A stretch of 64,000 bases of DNA from Planctomycetota bacterium. GTDB lineage: Bacteria; Planctomycetota; UBA8108; SXIK01. The stretch is from the NCBI GenBank assembly GCA_965223845.1, contig CBDCXR010000004.1, forward strand, positions 3,392,001 through 3,456,000, in the 5' to 3' direction. Below the pieces are notes generated by a model. That model did no database searches, was not told the DNA's origin, and was given only the letters and a program-made list of their open reading frames with translations. Made by a program: the position numbers and the translations under genes. Shown here one piece after another: positions 53,596 to 63,999 of this stretch. Position 1 is the stretch's first letter; every line of letters begins with the position of its first letter.

Positions 53596-53955
53596 TTCTC
53601 GCCCGACGGTCCACCGAGGGGGTGTTCGACGAAACCCGCTCGCTGGAGCCACCGAGCGCCGCCCGCCCCGGTATCCCGTCCCCCGGTCTCCGGTTGCGCG
53701 GCAGCGACGCTTCCGCGCGGGAACGGATCCCCAAGCGGGGATCTCTGGAGGTCGCACGTTCGCGCGAGATGCGTCACCCGTCTCCGCACGATGCGACGGG
53801 AGGGGAACTCGCGGCGGACCTCCTGCGACGGGGGCGCTTGCGACGGGTGCGGAGCGGAGTTTCCGCTGAGAGACGCGCCGTGCGAATCGACGATTGCTTC
53901 GCCACCGAGGGAGGCGATCGCGAACCATCGAAGCCAGAAGAGCACGAACACGACG

Positions 53956-55956
53956 ATGACGACTACCGCTCCCTCTACCGAAGAACTCGCTGTCCATACG
54001 ATCCGCATGCTCTCGGCCGAAGCCGTCGAGAAGGCGAACTCCGGCCATCCCGGTCTCCCGATGGGGAGCGCCGACATCGCCTACGTTCTCTTCACCCAGT
54101 TTCTTCGGTTCGATCCCGAGCATCCCGCGTGGCAGAACCGCGATCGTTTCGTGCTCTCCGCTGGACACGGCTCGATGCTCCTTTACTCGATGCTCCATCT
54201 CTGCGGCTACGACCTCTCGATCGAGGAGCTCAAGAACTTTCGCCAGCTCGGCTCGGAGACCCCGGGTCATCCGGAGTACGGCGATACCGTCGGAGTAGAA
54301 ACGACGACCGGGCCGCTCGGGCAGGGGCTCGGGAACGCGGTCGGACTGGCACTGGCCGAACGCCTGAGCGCCGCCCGTTACAACACGCCCGGTCACGCGA
54401 TCGTCGACCATCACACCTACGTCCTCGTGAGCGACGGCGATCTCATGGAGGGCATCAGCCACGAAGCGGCATCGCTCGCCGGTCACCTTCGCCTCGGGAA
54501 GCTGATCGCGCTCTACGACGATAACGACATCTGTCTCGACGGTCCGACCGAGCTCACGTTCAGTGAAGACATCGCCGGCCGTTTCGCGTCGTACGGCTGG
54601 CACACCTCGCGTGTCGACGGCCACGATCGCGCTGCGATCGCACAGGCGATCGCGGCCGCCAAGGACGACGCGCGCCCCTCGCTCGTTCTCTGCAAGACGA
54701 CGATCGGGAAGGGCAGCCCGAACAAAGAGGGAAAGAGCGCCTCGCACGGCGCGCCGCTCGGGAAGGACGAGCTCGAGCTGACGAAGGAAAACATCGGCTG
54801 GGCGCACGAGCCGTTCGAAGTCCCCGAAGCGGTGCGACCGCTCTTTCGCGAGCCCGGGAGACGTGGAGCCGAGGCACGAGCGGAGTGGGAGTCGACGTTT
54901 GCCGCGTGGACGCAGGCGAATCCCGAGCTCGCCGAGCGCGCGAAACGCGCAAGTGACCGCCAACTTCCGAGCGGGTGGAAGGATCTCCTGCCGCGGTACG
55001 CGAGCAGCGACAAGGCGATCGCGACGCGCGCGGCATCCGGCGCGGCCATCAACGCCATCGCCGAAGCGATCCCCGAGCTGATCGGCGGCTCCGCGGACCT
55101 CGCTTGCTCGAACAACACCGAAGTCAAAGCCGAAGGCCCGGTGTCGCGGGACGACTTCGGCGCGCGCAATCTGTGGTTCGGCGTTCGCGAGCACGGCATG
55201 GGCGCGATCCTGAACGGAATGAGTCTCTACGGCGGGATTCGTCCCTACGGAGCGACGTTCCTCACGTTCAGCGACTACGTCCGTCCGTCCGTTCGTCTCG
55301 CCGCGCTGATGGGACAGCCGGTGATCTACGTGTTCACGCACGACAGCATCTTTCTCGGCGAGGACGGCCCGACGCACCAGCCCGTCGAGCACACCGCGGC
55401 GCTTCGGGCCATTCCGAATTTGACGGTCATCCGTCCCGCCGATGCGAACGAAACGTCCGCGGCGTGGGCGTCGGCCCTGGAGCGAACGGACGGCCCGACC
55501 GCTCTCGTACTCTCTCGTCAGGGCCTCCCCCACCACGACAACACCGGCCTCGGTCACGGTGCAGAACGCGGCGCTTATGTCGTTCGCCAAGAGTCCGGTC
55601 GCACGCCCGACATCATCTTGATGGCGACCGGGTCGGAGGTCGACACGTGCCTCGGCGCCGCCGAGCTACTCGAAGAGCGCGGTCACTCGGCGCGCGTGGT
55701 CAGCATCCCGAGCTGGGAGATCTTCGACGCGCAGCCGGAAGACTACCGCGCCTCGATTCTCCCGCGGAGCGTGACGAAGCGCATGAGCGTCGAGGCCGGA
55801 GTCACTCTCGGATGGGAACGATTCACGGGGACGGAGGGACTCACCTACGGCCTCAATCGCTTCGGCGCATCCGCTCCGATCAAGGACCTCAAGGAGAAGT
55901 TCGGCTTCACGCCGGAAGCGGTCGCGGACGCGGCGACGGAGTACCTCGCTCGTTAG
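53956..55956 (+). CDS. tkt: Transketolase
   Basis: [52 protein letters not shown]. Confidence 0.98.
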   Translation: MTTTAPSTEELAVHTIRMLSAEAVEKANSGHPGLPMGSADIAYVLFTQFLRFDPEHPAWQNRDRFVLSAGHGSMLLYSMLHLCGYDLSIEELKNFRQLGSETPGHPEYGDTVGVETTTGPLGQGLGNAVGLALAERLSAARYNTPGHAIVDHHTYVLVSDGDLMEGISHEAASLAGHLRLGKLIALYDDNDICLDGPTELTFSEDIAGRFASYGWHTSRVDGHDRAAIAQAIAAAKDDARPSLVLCKTTIGKGSPNKEGKSASHGAPLGKDELELTKENIGWAHEPFEVPEAVRPLFREPGRRGAEARAEWESTFAAWTQANPELAERAKRASDRQLPSGWKDLLPRYASSDKAIATRAASGAAINAIAEAIPELIGGSADLACSNNTEVKAEGPVSRDDFGARNLWFGVREHGMGAILNGMSLYGGIRPYGATFLTFSDYVRPSVRLAALMGQPVIYVFTHDSIFLGEDGPTHQPVEHTAALRAIPNLTVIRPADANETSAAWASALERTDGPTALVLSRQGLPHHDNTGLGHGAERGAYVVRQESGRTPDIILMATGSEVDTCLGAAELLEERGHSARVVSIPSWEIFDAQPEDYRASILPRSVTKRMSVEAGVTLGWERFTGTEGLTYGLNRFGASAPIKDLKEKFGFTPEAVADAATEYLAR

Positions 55957-55996
55957 TGTGGCGCTCGGGCTTTCCGGTCCGCTGAGGGAGTTTTTC

Positions 55997-56244
55997 ACAC
56001 GAAGATCGCGAAGGGGACGCGAAGGAGGAGAAGAAATATAGGGATTGAGGTGAGCATGCTCGGACTATGACATCGGCTGCGGGTCCGCTTCGAGCAGATC
56101 TAGTTCAGACGCGGATTCGCATTCGACGGATCCGCCCTGCTCGACACACGTCCTACGGCGTCCGGTCACCTCGATCCCGTACACCCAACATCTCTTCTTT
56201 CTTCTCCTTCGTCTTCCTTCGCGTCCCCTTCGCGATCTTCGTGT
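55997..56244. repeat. Non-coding element with perfect 30-bp terminal inverted repeats and nested internal stems (MITE/REPIN-like)
   Basis: ACACGAAGATCGCGAAGGGGACGCGAAGGA (55997-56026) and its exact reverse complement (56215-56244). Confidence 0.8.
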
Positions 56245-56265
56245 AACTCTCTTCTCAAGCGAAAC

Positions 56266-57018
56266 TCAAAACGCGCAGCCGTCCGGGAGCGGCTCGGCTT
56301 CAGCAAGATCCGCGGCGAACGCCCGGTCGATCGCGACCGGGGCGAATCCCGTCGCGACGCTTCCGCCGAACGCACTCGTTCCGTAGTCGCTCGTATTCAT
56401 GTGCCCGCGGACGATCACCTCGGTGGTCTCGTCGATCGCGACGGGTCCTCCGCTGCGGGTGAACGGCTGTTCGGTGACGTGGCTGTGGGTGAGAATCCGC
56501 CGGTAGAGGAGCTCGCCCTCCGGCGTCACCACTTCCCACCAATCGGCGTACTGATCGCAGCCGGTATCGGGACTTTCGAGCCGCACGGAGAATCGATACT
56601 CGCCGGGTGAGCCGGTCGTGGTGACCTCGAGGACGACGGCTTGAACGATCGGATCCGTCCCGCACGCCGCGGAGTTCGCGCACGAGAGTTCGTCGTCCGA
56701 TGGATCGGGTCCGCAGTGCGTAACCCCCGGAGTCGGCGGCTCGAAACCGTCGCCGAAGAGGAAATTGAGCGTCGCGGTCGCGTCGACGATGTTGATGCTT
56801 CCATCGTCGTTCGCATCGGCAGCGTCGAGGCACGCGAGCTCGCTCGGCTCCCCGACGAAGAGGTAGCCGAGGACGGCGAGGGGATCGGCGATGTTGACTT
56901 CACCGTCGTCGTTCGTGTCGCCGCGGCGAAACTCGGCGTCGGCGAAGGCAAGGCTCGCGAAGAAAACGAAGAACACCGCGGCCAGCGCCGGGCCGAGCCG
57001 TTTCTCGAAGTGTTTCAT
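56266..57018 (-). CDS. Secreted protein: N-terminal dockerin-like domain plus conserved C-terminal domain of unknown function
   Basis: GGAGG RBS; signal AFA; FRRGDTNDDGEVNIAD...CLDAADANDDGSINIVD; SPDTGCDQYADWWEV...HSHVTEQPFTRS. Confidence 0.82.
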   Translation of the reverse strand: MKHFEKRLGPALAAVFFVFFASLAFADAEFRRGDTNDDGEVNIADPLAVLGYLFVGEPSELACLDAADANDDGSINIVDATATLNFLFGDGFEPPTPGVTHCGPDPSDDELSCANSAACGTDPIVQAVVLEVTTTGSPGEYRFSVRLESPDTGCDQYADWWEVVTPEGELLYRRILTHSHVTEQPFTRSGGPVAIDETTEVIVRGHMNTSDYGTSAFGGSVATGFAPVAIDRAFAADLAEAEPLPDGCAF

Positions 57019-57139
57019 TCCCCTCCTCCCCCGATCCACCGTGTACGGCCGAACGGTCGAACTCGACACCGACGCTCATCGTAACGAGCGCCTTCGATCG
57101 GTGCACTCTCGGTTTCGCGTGTTGCCCCCGCCGGCGTGC

Positions 57140-57718
57140 TCATTCATCGCCCGGCGTGTCGCTGAACCGGACTTCGTCCCCGTCGCTGACGAAGATACTG
57201 AGTCGATCGAACGAAAGCAGGCGCTCATCTTCCGGAGGACTCGGTCCGAACGTCACCAAGTGGGCGAGGACGGCGTCTCCGCCCTCGAGCCTAGTCTGAA
57301 GATGTCCGCCGTCGATGAGCCCCGTCCACTCAGCTTCCCCCGGGGTTTCGTGCGCGAGGCGCACCAAGCTGAGGTCGTCATCGGACGAGTCGCTCGTCCG
57401 ATCGCCAAATCGCTCGTACACGCGATGAACGAGTAACCGAGCGACCTTGGCTCGGCCCTCGGGGGAGGCGACGAACCGCTCGAGCGCGCGCCGAGCGACC
57501 GAGCCAGAAGCCGCCTCGGCACACCGAAACGCGCGGCTCTCATCCGCCCGCAGCCGAGCGAGCTCCAGCGCGAGCGCCAGCTCGGAGCGAAAGAGAAGCG
57601 CGGCCGCACCGACGACGCCGATCACGATGGTCGCTGCCGCGAGAGTCCAGCGGCGGCGCGAACGTCGCCGGATCGTCCCGTTCTCGATCAGCGGGGGAGG
57701 GGTGAAATCAGATTCCAT
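57140..57718 (-). CDS. Hypothetical membrane-anchored protein
   Basis: RRR followed by TM helix; start uncertain. Confidence 0.5.
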   Translation of the reverse strand: MESDFTPPPLIENGTIRRRSRRRWTLAAATIVIGVVGAAALLFRSELALALELARLRADESRAFRCAEAASGSVARRALERFVASPEGRAKVARLLVHRVYERFGDRTSDSSDDDLSLVRLAHETPGEAEWTGLIDGGHLQTRLEGGDAVLAHLVTFGPSPPEDERLLSFDRLSIFVSDGDEVRFSDTPGDE

Positions 57719-57897
57719 TCTTCGAGTTCTCGGAGTCGCTCGACCCGCCCAAACCTTATGATGACTCAGCCGCCGCCCGGTCGCGCGGAACTCCGCCCAA
57801 ATCGCCGAAAGATGGATAGGCGCCCCGAGCATCGGAACGTCCGGCGCGCCGCAGCGGTTCAATCACCGAAATCCTCCTCTCGTCCAACGAGCTTCGA

Positions 57898-58911
57898 ATG
57901 AGCCATCGCAGTTTCGCCCCTCTAAGCTTCCTCACCGTCGCCGGCGTCGTCGTTTTCGCCATCGCCAGCGGGTCCGCCGCAGCGTCGCGCGAATCTGACC
58001 CCAATACCCTGATCGAGACGCTCCAGCGCTCGACGGGAGCGGCGAAGCGGCGCGCGGTGAAGCAACTGCTCGACCTCGGCCCGGACGCCCTCCCGGCTTC
58101 GCGGGCGGCGCTCGAGCGGGCGACCAACCCGGCCCACCGGCGCGCTCTCACCGAGATCGTCCGCTGGCAACTCGCCGAGAAGATCCGCCCCGCTCTCGCC
58201 GCGGGCATCGAGAGCAATCTCCGCTTCGACGGCCAGTACGCCGCACTCGCGAAGGAAGGCCCGGAAATTCGCGACACCTTGCTCGCCCTCCTCGATGACG
58301 AGTCGACTCCACCGGCGCTCCGCATCGCGAGCTGCCAGGCTCTCGCCGATGTGGGGAAGCGCGAAGACGTCGACCGGCTCCGCCGACTCGTTCGCGACCC
58401 GCTCTTCCCGCCGTATCTGCGTGATCGCGTCGGCATGCTGCTCGCGATCCTCGGCGACACCTACGCGGTCGATCGAGAGCTCGACCGGCTTCAGGGCCAG
58501 CTCGCCGCGATCGACAAGACCGATCGCTTCTACATTCCGACGAATCTCCGTCTCGCCGAGCTTTTTTACCAGATGCGACGCTACCCCAGTGCCGTCGCGG
58601 CGTACGACCGCATCCTCGAGGTCTATCTCGAGTACTACACGCAGGCGACGAAGAATCCGCGTGTGAGCGAGGAGCAGAAGCGAGCGCTGGCCTCCGAGTT
58701 CGCGCTTCAGTACTACAACGCCGCCTGCTCCCAGACTCTGAGCGGCGATCTCGAGCGGGCGAAGTCATCGCTGCGCGAGTGCGTCCAGCTCGACGCGACG
58801 CACTACGCGCACATCGAGATCGACGGCGATTTCAGCAAGCTGCGGGCGTCGGGCGGCTACGCGGAGTTTCGTCGGAAGCTGAGCGAACTCCTCCCGAAGG
58901 GCGACTTCTGA
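57898..58911 (+). CDS. Exported HEAT + TPR protein
   Basis: Signal peptide; HEAT-like start; C-terminal YYNAAC...LREC...IDGDFSKLR TPR cap. Confidence 0.75.
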   Translation: MSHRSFAPLSFLTVAGVVVFAIASGSAAASRESDPNTLIETLQRSTGAAKRRAVKQLLDLGPDALPASRAALERATNPAHRRALTEIVRWQLAEKIRPALAAGIESNLRFDGQYAALAKEGPEIRDTLLALLDDESTPPALRIASCQALADVGKREDVDRLRRLVRDPLFPPYLRDRVGMLLAILGDTYAVDRELDRLQGQLAAIDKTDRFYIPTNLRLAELFYQMRRYPSAVAAYDRILEVYLEYYTQATKNPRVSEEQKRALASEFALQYYNAACSQTLSGDLERAKSSLRECVQLDATHYAHIEIDGDFSKLRASGGYAEFRRKLSELLPKGDF

Positions 58912-58945
58912 GCGGGCGTCGAAGCCGAGCGGGAGGCGCAGCAGG

Positions 58946-60919
58946 TCACCCCTTCGGTGAACGAAAGCGGATCGTCGCATCCCAGACATCCGTGTGGGCG
59001 ACCTCGACCTCGACTTCCTCCCCTTCGGCCGGGGATCCCGAGAGAAGCGCCGGTGCGCGAAAACCGAACTCGACGAGCTCGACGATCGCGTCGCGCTCGC
59101 GGACTTCGAGCACGCAGGCGGCAAATCGGTCGCCGCGTCGGTTCGCGAAGTACTTCGTGAGCCAGTAGCGGATGCGCTGCGGCTCGAGGCGCGACAGCTC
59201 CTTCGCACGCGCCTGAACCTCGACGAGGAGCCGGGCGAGCTCCGACTCGCTGTAGAGCGCGCCGCCGAAGCGGAACGCGTGCATCACTTGGCGCTGAACG
59301 ACGAGGTCGATGTACCGCCGGATCGGTGAGGAGACCTGCGAGTAGGCCTCTACGCCGAGTAGGGCGTGACGGAGCGGCGTCGTGCCGAACTGGGACGGTC
59401 GAATGTGGCGGAAGAGCGTGTAGCGCTCGTGGGCCGACGCCACGGCGGTCACCGGCGGAAGATCCCCGACTTCCTGGTGGCGATAGATGGACGGCAGTCC
59501 ATGCGTCCGCGAGTGCTCTGCCACGGCCGCGTTGTAGAGGACCATCGCCTCGCTGACGAGATGGTTTGCCGCGGTCGCTGTCGGGCGAGTCCGAATGTCG
59601 ACCCCGCCGCTCTCGTCTACGACGATGTCGAGCTCGGGTCGATCGATGTGGACCGCGCCCGCATCTTGGCGAGCGCGGCGAAACGCGCCGAGGAGGCGCG
59701 CGAGTGTACGAATCGACTCAGCGAGCGGGACATCGCGGCCTTCGAGTGCGGCGTCCACCTCATCGTACGTGAGGCGACTCCGGCTCGCGATCCGACTCGG
59801 AACGAGCTCGCTCGAGCGTCGTTCCCCTTCCGGCCCCACGCGAACGAGCAGGCTGAGCGCGGGCCGCACCTCGCCTTCGAGAAGGCTCCCGGCTCCGGCC
59901 GAAATCTCCGGCGGAAGCATCGGGACGCGTCGATCCGGAAAGTAGAGGGAGAGCAGCCGCTCGCGCGCGACGCGATCGAGCGGATCCCCCTTCTTGACGA
60001 GCGCGGAAAGATCGGTGACGTGGATTCCAATGCGGTAGCCGTCGGACTCTCTTTCGAGGGAAATCGCATCGTCGATATCCGTGGTCTCGGCACTGTCGAC
60101 GGTAAACACCTCGAGCGCGGTGAGGTCGCGCCGCTCGAGCGGTCCCGATTCCGGGCGGGCGATCACTTCGCTCGCGGTCGCGAGGACGTCGGCGCTGAAT
60201 TCGATGGGGACTTCGACGCGGCGGAGCTCGAGGTCTTCATCCCGATCGAGCACCCTGCGCCTCACCAAGAGATCGAAGGCGGAGCGACGCGCGTCACCGC
60301 TCACCCCGACTCGTTTGAGCAGCGTCTTCGCCCACGTCGCGTGCACGCACTCGTCCGCTTCCGCCGTGAACGCGACGAGCCGCTCGCGCCACGATGCCTG
60401 GCGCGACGTCCACTCGGGTTCCGTCCCCTCGGTCAACCACGCCTCGAACGCCTCTTCCTCGCGTGCGGCTTCGAGCTGACGCTCGCGCCGTTCCTTCGCG
60501 GCGGCAACCTCCTCGGGCGTTCGTACTGCGTACTGGCCGTCCTTCACATCGAAGTGAACGCAATCGTCCGACTCGAGGTGCCAGAGGAGCGCGGCTCGAC
60601 TCGTCGACGATGTATCGGGCGCCTCGTACAGCTCGGCGAGCGACGCGAAGGAAGACTCGCCCCACTCGCCGCTCACGAGCTCCCAGAGCTCCTCGAGATC
60701 GAGAGTCGCCGCGCGCTCGGTCACGAGCGCGGCGTAGCGGTTGAGCTCCGCCTGCGTGTTCGCGATCTCTCCGGTGGCGAGGAGGATGTTCTCCACCGGC
60801 ACGGTGAACGCGCGATCCTTAACCGTCGCGACCTTCGCCTTCCCCGACGACGTACCGAGAAAGAACCCGACGCGAAGCCCTTTTCGATAACGAAAGACGA
60901 CGATTTCCTTTTCGCGCAC
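58946..60919 (-). CDS. RNase II/R family (RNB domain) exoribonuclease
   Basis: DSAETTDIDDAIS, GIHVTD, HALLG...YSQVSSPIRRYID. Confidence 0.92.
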   Translation of the reverse strand: MREKEIVVFRYRKGLRVGFFLGTSSGKAKVATVKDRAFTVPVENILLATGEIANTQAELNRYAALVTERAATLDLEELWELVSGEWGESSFASLAELYEAPDTSSTSRAALLWHLESDDCVHFDVKDGQYAVRTPEEVAAAKERRERQLEAAREEEAFEAWLTEGTEPEWTSRQASWRERLVAFTAEADECVHATWAKTLLKRVGVSGDARRSAFDLLVRRRVLDRDEDLELRRVEVPIEFSADVLATASEVIARPESGPLERRDLTALEVFTVDSAETTDIDDAISLERESDGYRIGIHVTDLSALVKKGDPLDRVARERLLSLYFPDRRVPMLPPEISAGAGSLLEGEVRPALSLLVRVGPEGERRSSELVPSRIASRSRLTYDEVDAALEGRDVPLAESIRTLARLLGAFRRARQDAGAVHIDRPELDIVVDESGGVDIRTRPTATAANHLVSEAMVLYNAAVAEHSRTHGLPSIYRHQEVGDLPPVTAVASAHERYTLFRHIRPSQFGTTPLRHALLGVEAYSQVSSPIRRYIDLVVQRQVMHAFRFGGALYSESELARLLVEVQARAKELSRLEPQRIRYWLTKYFANRRGDRFAACVLEVRERDAIVELVEFGFRAPALLSGSPAEGEEVEVEVAHTDVWDATIRFRSPKG

Positions 60920-60942
60920 GTGCTCGGCGGCCGAGTGTCCGT

Positions 60943-61845
60943 TCAGGGGACGACGACCTCTCCTTCCCGCGCGGTCAACTCGGAGAAGAGTGCGGAGAGA
61001 CGTTTCGTCATCGGCCCCACTTCGCCGTCTCCGATCGCTCGACCGTCAACCTGCGTCACCGCGGCGAGCTCGCCCATGGTTCCCGTGCAGAACATCTCGT
61101 CGGCGCGGTAGACCTCGGCGAGAGTGAGGTCCCGCTCGGCGCTCGGAATCGAGTGTTCCGCGCACAGGTCGAGCACCGTCGCACGGGTGATCCCCTCGGG
61201 GCAAGCCACGAGTCGACTCGTCTCGACGCGTCCCTGCTGAACGATGAACACGTGGGTCGCATTCGTCTCGGCGACGAATCCGCGCTGATCGAGCATGAGC
61301 GCATCGTCGGCGCCGGCGACGTTGGCTTCGATCTTCGCGAGGATCGACTGGATGAGATTGTTGTGATGGATCTTGGGATCGAGGGCATCCGGGGGAAACC
61401 GCCGAACACTGCTCGTGACGAGGGAGAGTCCGCCCTTCTCGTAGACCGGCGGCTTGAATTCGGCGAGAACGATCAAGGTCGGACCGGACTGATTGAGTCG
61501 CGGATCCATTCCCGACGTCAGCTTGACCCCGCGCGAAAGCGTGAGGCGGATGTGGACGCCGTCGCGCATCTGATTCGCGGCGAGCGTCCGTCGAATCTCT
61601 TCGGTGATTTGCTCGTGTGATGGAATCTCCGCAAACGCGAGGGCGAGAGCCGAGTGCCGAAGTCGATCGAGATGCTCGCGAAGCTTGAAGATCCTCCCCT
61701 CGTAGACCCGGAGGCCTTCCCACACGCCGTCGCCGCCCTGGACGAGCGAGTCGAAAGGACTCACTCCGGCTTCGTCGCGGTGGACGAGCTTGCCGTTGAT
61801 GTTGATGAGAAGGTCGCGGTTCTTTTCGCTGAATTGTTGAAGCAT
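60943..61845 (-). CDS. Class IV PLP aminotransferase (BCAT/D-amino-acid transaminase-like)
   Basis: GDGVWEG, HLDRL, DPKIHHNNL, AETNATHVF, EGITR, DEMFCTGT. Confidence 0.92.
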   Translation of the reverse strand: MLQQFSEKNRDLLININGKLVHRDEAGVSPFDSLVQGGDGVWEGLRVYEGRIFKLREHLDRLRHSALALAFAEIPSHEQITEEIRRTLAANQMRDGVHIRLTLSRGVKLTSGMDPRLNQSGPTLIVLAEFKPPVYEKGGLSLVTSSVRRFPPDALDPKIHHNNLIQSILAKIEANVAGADDALMLDQRGFVAETNATHVFIVQQGRVETSRLVACPEGITRATVLDLCAEHSIPSAERDLTLAEVYRADEMFCTGTMGELAAVTQVDGRAIGDGEVGPMTKRLSALFSELTAREGEVVVP

Positions 61846-61961
61846 GAAGTGATCCTTGTCGCGCGTCCGAGGCGAGACCGCGACCCAGACGGCAGCAGCG
61901 AAGCTCGGTCGACCGGGCCCGAGAGCCTATCGACCCCAACTCGAACCGATCGCCCCGCTCG

Positions 61962-62738
61962 TCAAGCGGCGCGGATGCGGTGCGCGTAGAGGGAGCGGTA
62001 GTATGGCTCCGACTCCTCGAGAAGGGAATGGAGGTGAGCGGACAGCTCGCCGGTGCGCCGTCGATACGGCTGAAATCCCGTCGTCTTCTCCACCGAATCG
62101 TACCAGTGCTTCGCCCAAACGCCATCGCTCGGACGTGAGCCGGGGGGCCAGGACAGCATCTTCTCGGTGAACTCGACGCCGAGCTCCCGGCACAGCGCCG
62201 CGAGTACGCCGGGAGGGTCCTCGAGGAGATCTCGCGCGTCGACGACGGGCGGAATGCGACCGCTGCGCCTGCGCTCACCCTCGAAGATCTCAACCTGCTG
62301 CGGCAGGCCCGTGTCCTCGAGCCGCGGCTCCGGCGTGATCTTGTCGAGCGATAGGAGCATCTCGAACGGCGAACGAATCAGAAAACAGTGCGTCAGCGAA
62401 TCGAGCCACTCGCGCCCCATCTCCGGGAGCAGATGGTGCGCCATGTGCTTCTGATAGTAGATCGGCTGACCGGCGGGAACGTCTCCCGTCAGGGCCGCGA
62501 CGACCCGCCGCCAGTCGCTCTCCTGGCTCGCGATGACTTCCTCGGCGCCGGGGTGAGGCAAACCGGTCGCACGGAGGTAGTGCGAGTAGAGCGGCTCGTC
62601 GCAAACGGCGGTATCTCCACGGTTCTCCCAGGCGCGGAGGAGCGCCGTCGACACGTTGCGCGGTCCAGACCACATCGCTATGCGGAGCGGGCCGGTTCGC
62701 CGCTCGCTCCGGTCCGTCGCGGTCGCCTCAGTTTCCAT
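61962..62738 (-). CDS. Sulfotransferase-like P-loop protein (Sulfotransfer_5-type)
   Basis: IAMWSGPRNVSTAL, DEPLY, YQKHMAHH, DGVWAKHWY. Confidence 0.85.
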   Translation of the reverse strand: METEATATDRSERRTGPLRIAMWSGPRNVSTALLRAWENRGDTAVCDEPLYSHYLRATGLPHPGAEEVIASQESDWRRVVAALTGDVPAGQPIYYQKHMAHHLLPEMGREWLDSLTHCFLIRSPFEMLLSLDKITPEPRLEDTGLPQQVEIFEGERRRSGRIPPVVDARDLLEDPPGVLAALCRELGVEFTEKMLSWPPGSRPSDGVWAKHWYDSVEKTTGFQPYRRRTGELSAHLHSLLEESEPYYRSLYAHRIRAA

Positions 62739-63999
62739 CGGGGGATTCGATCCTCTCGTCGCGGCCCGGATCGGACCCGTCGCCCGCCTTCGGTTCCTCG
62801 CCCCGGGGTCCACGCCCCGACGCCGACTTCGCTCGTTCCTGTTTACGCCGGAACCGTTCGAGCTCCTCGTCCGTGACCTTGGGGACATTCTTTGCGCCGG
62901 GTGTGGGGTGCTTCCAAACGCGAAAACTCTTCGTACCGTCCTGAGTTCGTCCCCACGACTGTCCGGCCCGCGCACCACGGAACGCAACCGAGTCCACCGG
63001 GAGGAGCCCCTCCTCCATGCGCGTAAAGAGTCCGAGGAACTCGCCCGAGTTGCTCAGCGAAAAGCTCGTGTGACGCTCCCCGTCGCGATCGTCGGCGTAA
63101 AAGATCGTGTAGCCGTTCGCCGGGACGATCGTCCCGGTGGGAATCCGCCACTTCGACGGTAAACGCTTCCGATCGGAGAGGAACATCCCGCCCACGTCGA
63201 CGGGTTGTTCGGAGCGGTTGTAAAGTTCGATGAACTCGCGCTGCCCGGTGTCCCGGCGCGGGCGAGGCAAGACTTCGTTGATGCGGACGTCCGGCACGAC
63301 GGGAAGCGCGAAGGTGAGGCGCGGGGCGACGAGCGGAAAGGTTCTCTCGAGGCCGTCGTCCGTGGTCAAGCGATAGTAGTAGTCCGTTCGTGGCCGGTTC
63401 GGCGCGCCGGCGAGATGGGTCACGTAGCGATGGAGCTTTTCGTCCCACGCGAGCGGCGCGGACTCGAACGCTCCGTCTCCGGACGGACGATAGAGCACCT
63501 CGACGCGCTCGACGACTCCGGCACCACTCGGCTCCGTTCGCGGCAGAATCGACAAAGTCAGCGCGCCCTCCTTTGCCTTCTCGACACTGTGACGGAAAGA
63601 GAGCGGTGGCGGGAGCAGCCCGACCTCGGCGTTCGGCTCGCCGGGAGTGACTCGGTCGAAGTCGAGCCAGTCTCCGGTCGTGCGACTGCGGCCGTACGAT
63701 CGACGCGCCGTCGAACGGCCGTAGTACACGGCGTCGACGAGGCGGAACGCGGAGTCTCCGGCGCGGCGAAAAAGGAACAAAGCTCCGCCGTCCCGAGAGA
63801 GCTCGAGTCGAGCTGGATCGATGTCCAATCGGAACAAGCCTGCGGGAGGGATCGCACCGACCAGCGGCACGCGCGCTGGATCCGCCGGATCATTCGTGAG
63901 GAAAAAACCTTCGAGCGTCGTGCCCTCGCCGCGGTTCGACAGCTCGACCCACGGCGCACCCGAGCTCGGCGCCGCGACGATTTCGTTGAGGAGGACGGC
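62728..63999 (-). CDS. Lamin-tail-domain (LTD) protein, 5' end outside window
   Basis: Two LTDs: LLNEIV...WVELSN and VRINEV...FIELYN...FSLSNSGE; frame open to the window edge. Confidence 0.8.
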   Translation of the reverse strand, partial: AVLLNEIVAAPSSGAPWVELSNRGEGTTLEGFFLTNDPADPARVPLVGAIPPAGLFRLDIDPARLELSRDGGALFLFRRAGDSAFRLVDAVYYGRSTARRSYGRSRTTGDWLDFDRVTPGEPNAEVGLLPPPLSFRHSVEKAKEGALTLSILPRTEPSGAGVVERVEVLYRPSGDGAFESAPLAWDEKLHRYVTHLAGAPNRPRTDYYYRLTTDDGLERTFPLVAPRLTFALPVVPDVRINEVLPRPRRDTGQREFIELYNRSEQPVDVGGMFLSDRKRLPSKWRIPTGTIVPANGYTIFYADDRDGERHTSFSLSNSGEFLGLFTRMEEGLLPVDSVAFRGARAGQSWGRTQDGTKSFRVWKHPTPGAKNVPKVTDEELERFRRKQERAKSASGRGPRGEEPKAGDGSDPGRDERIESPDGN

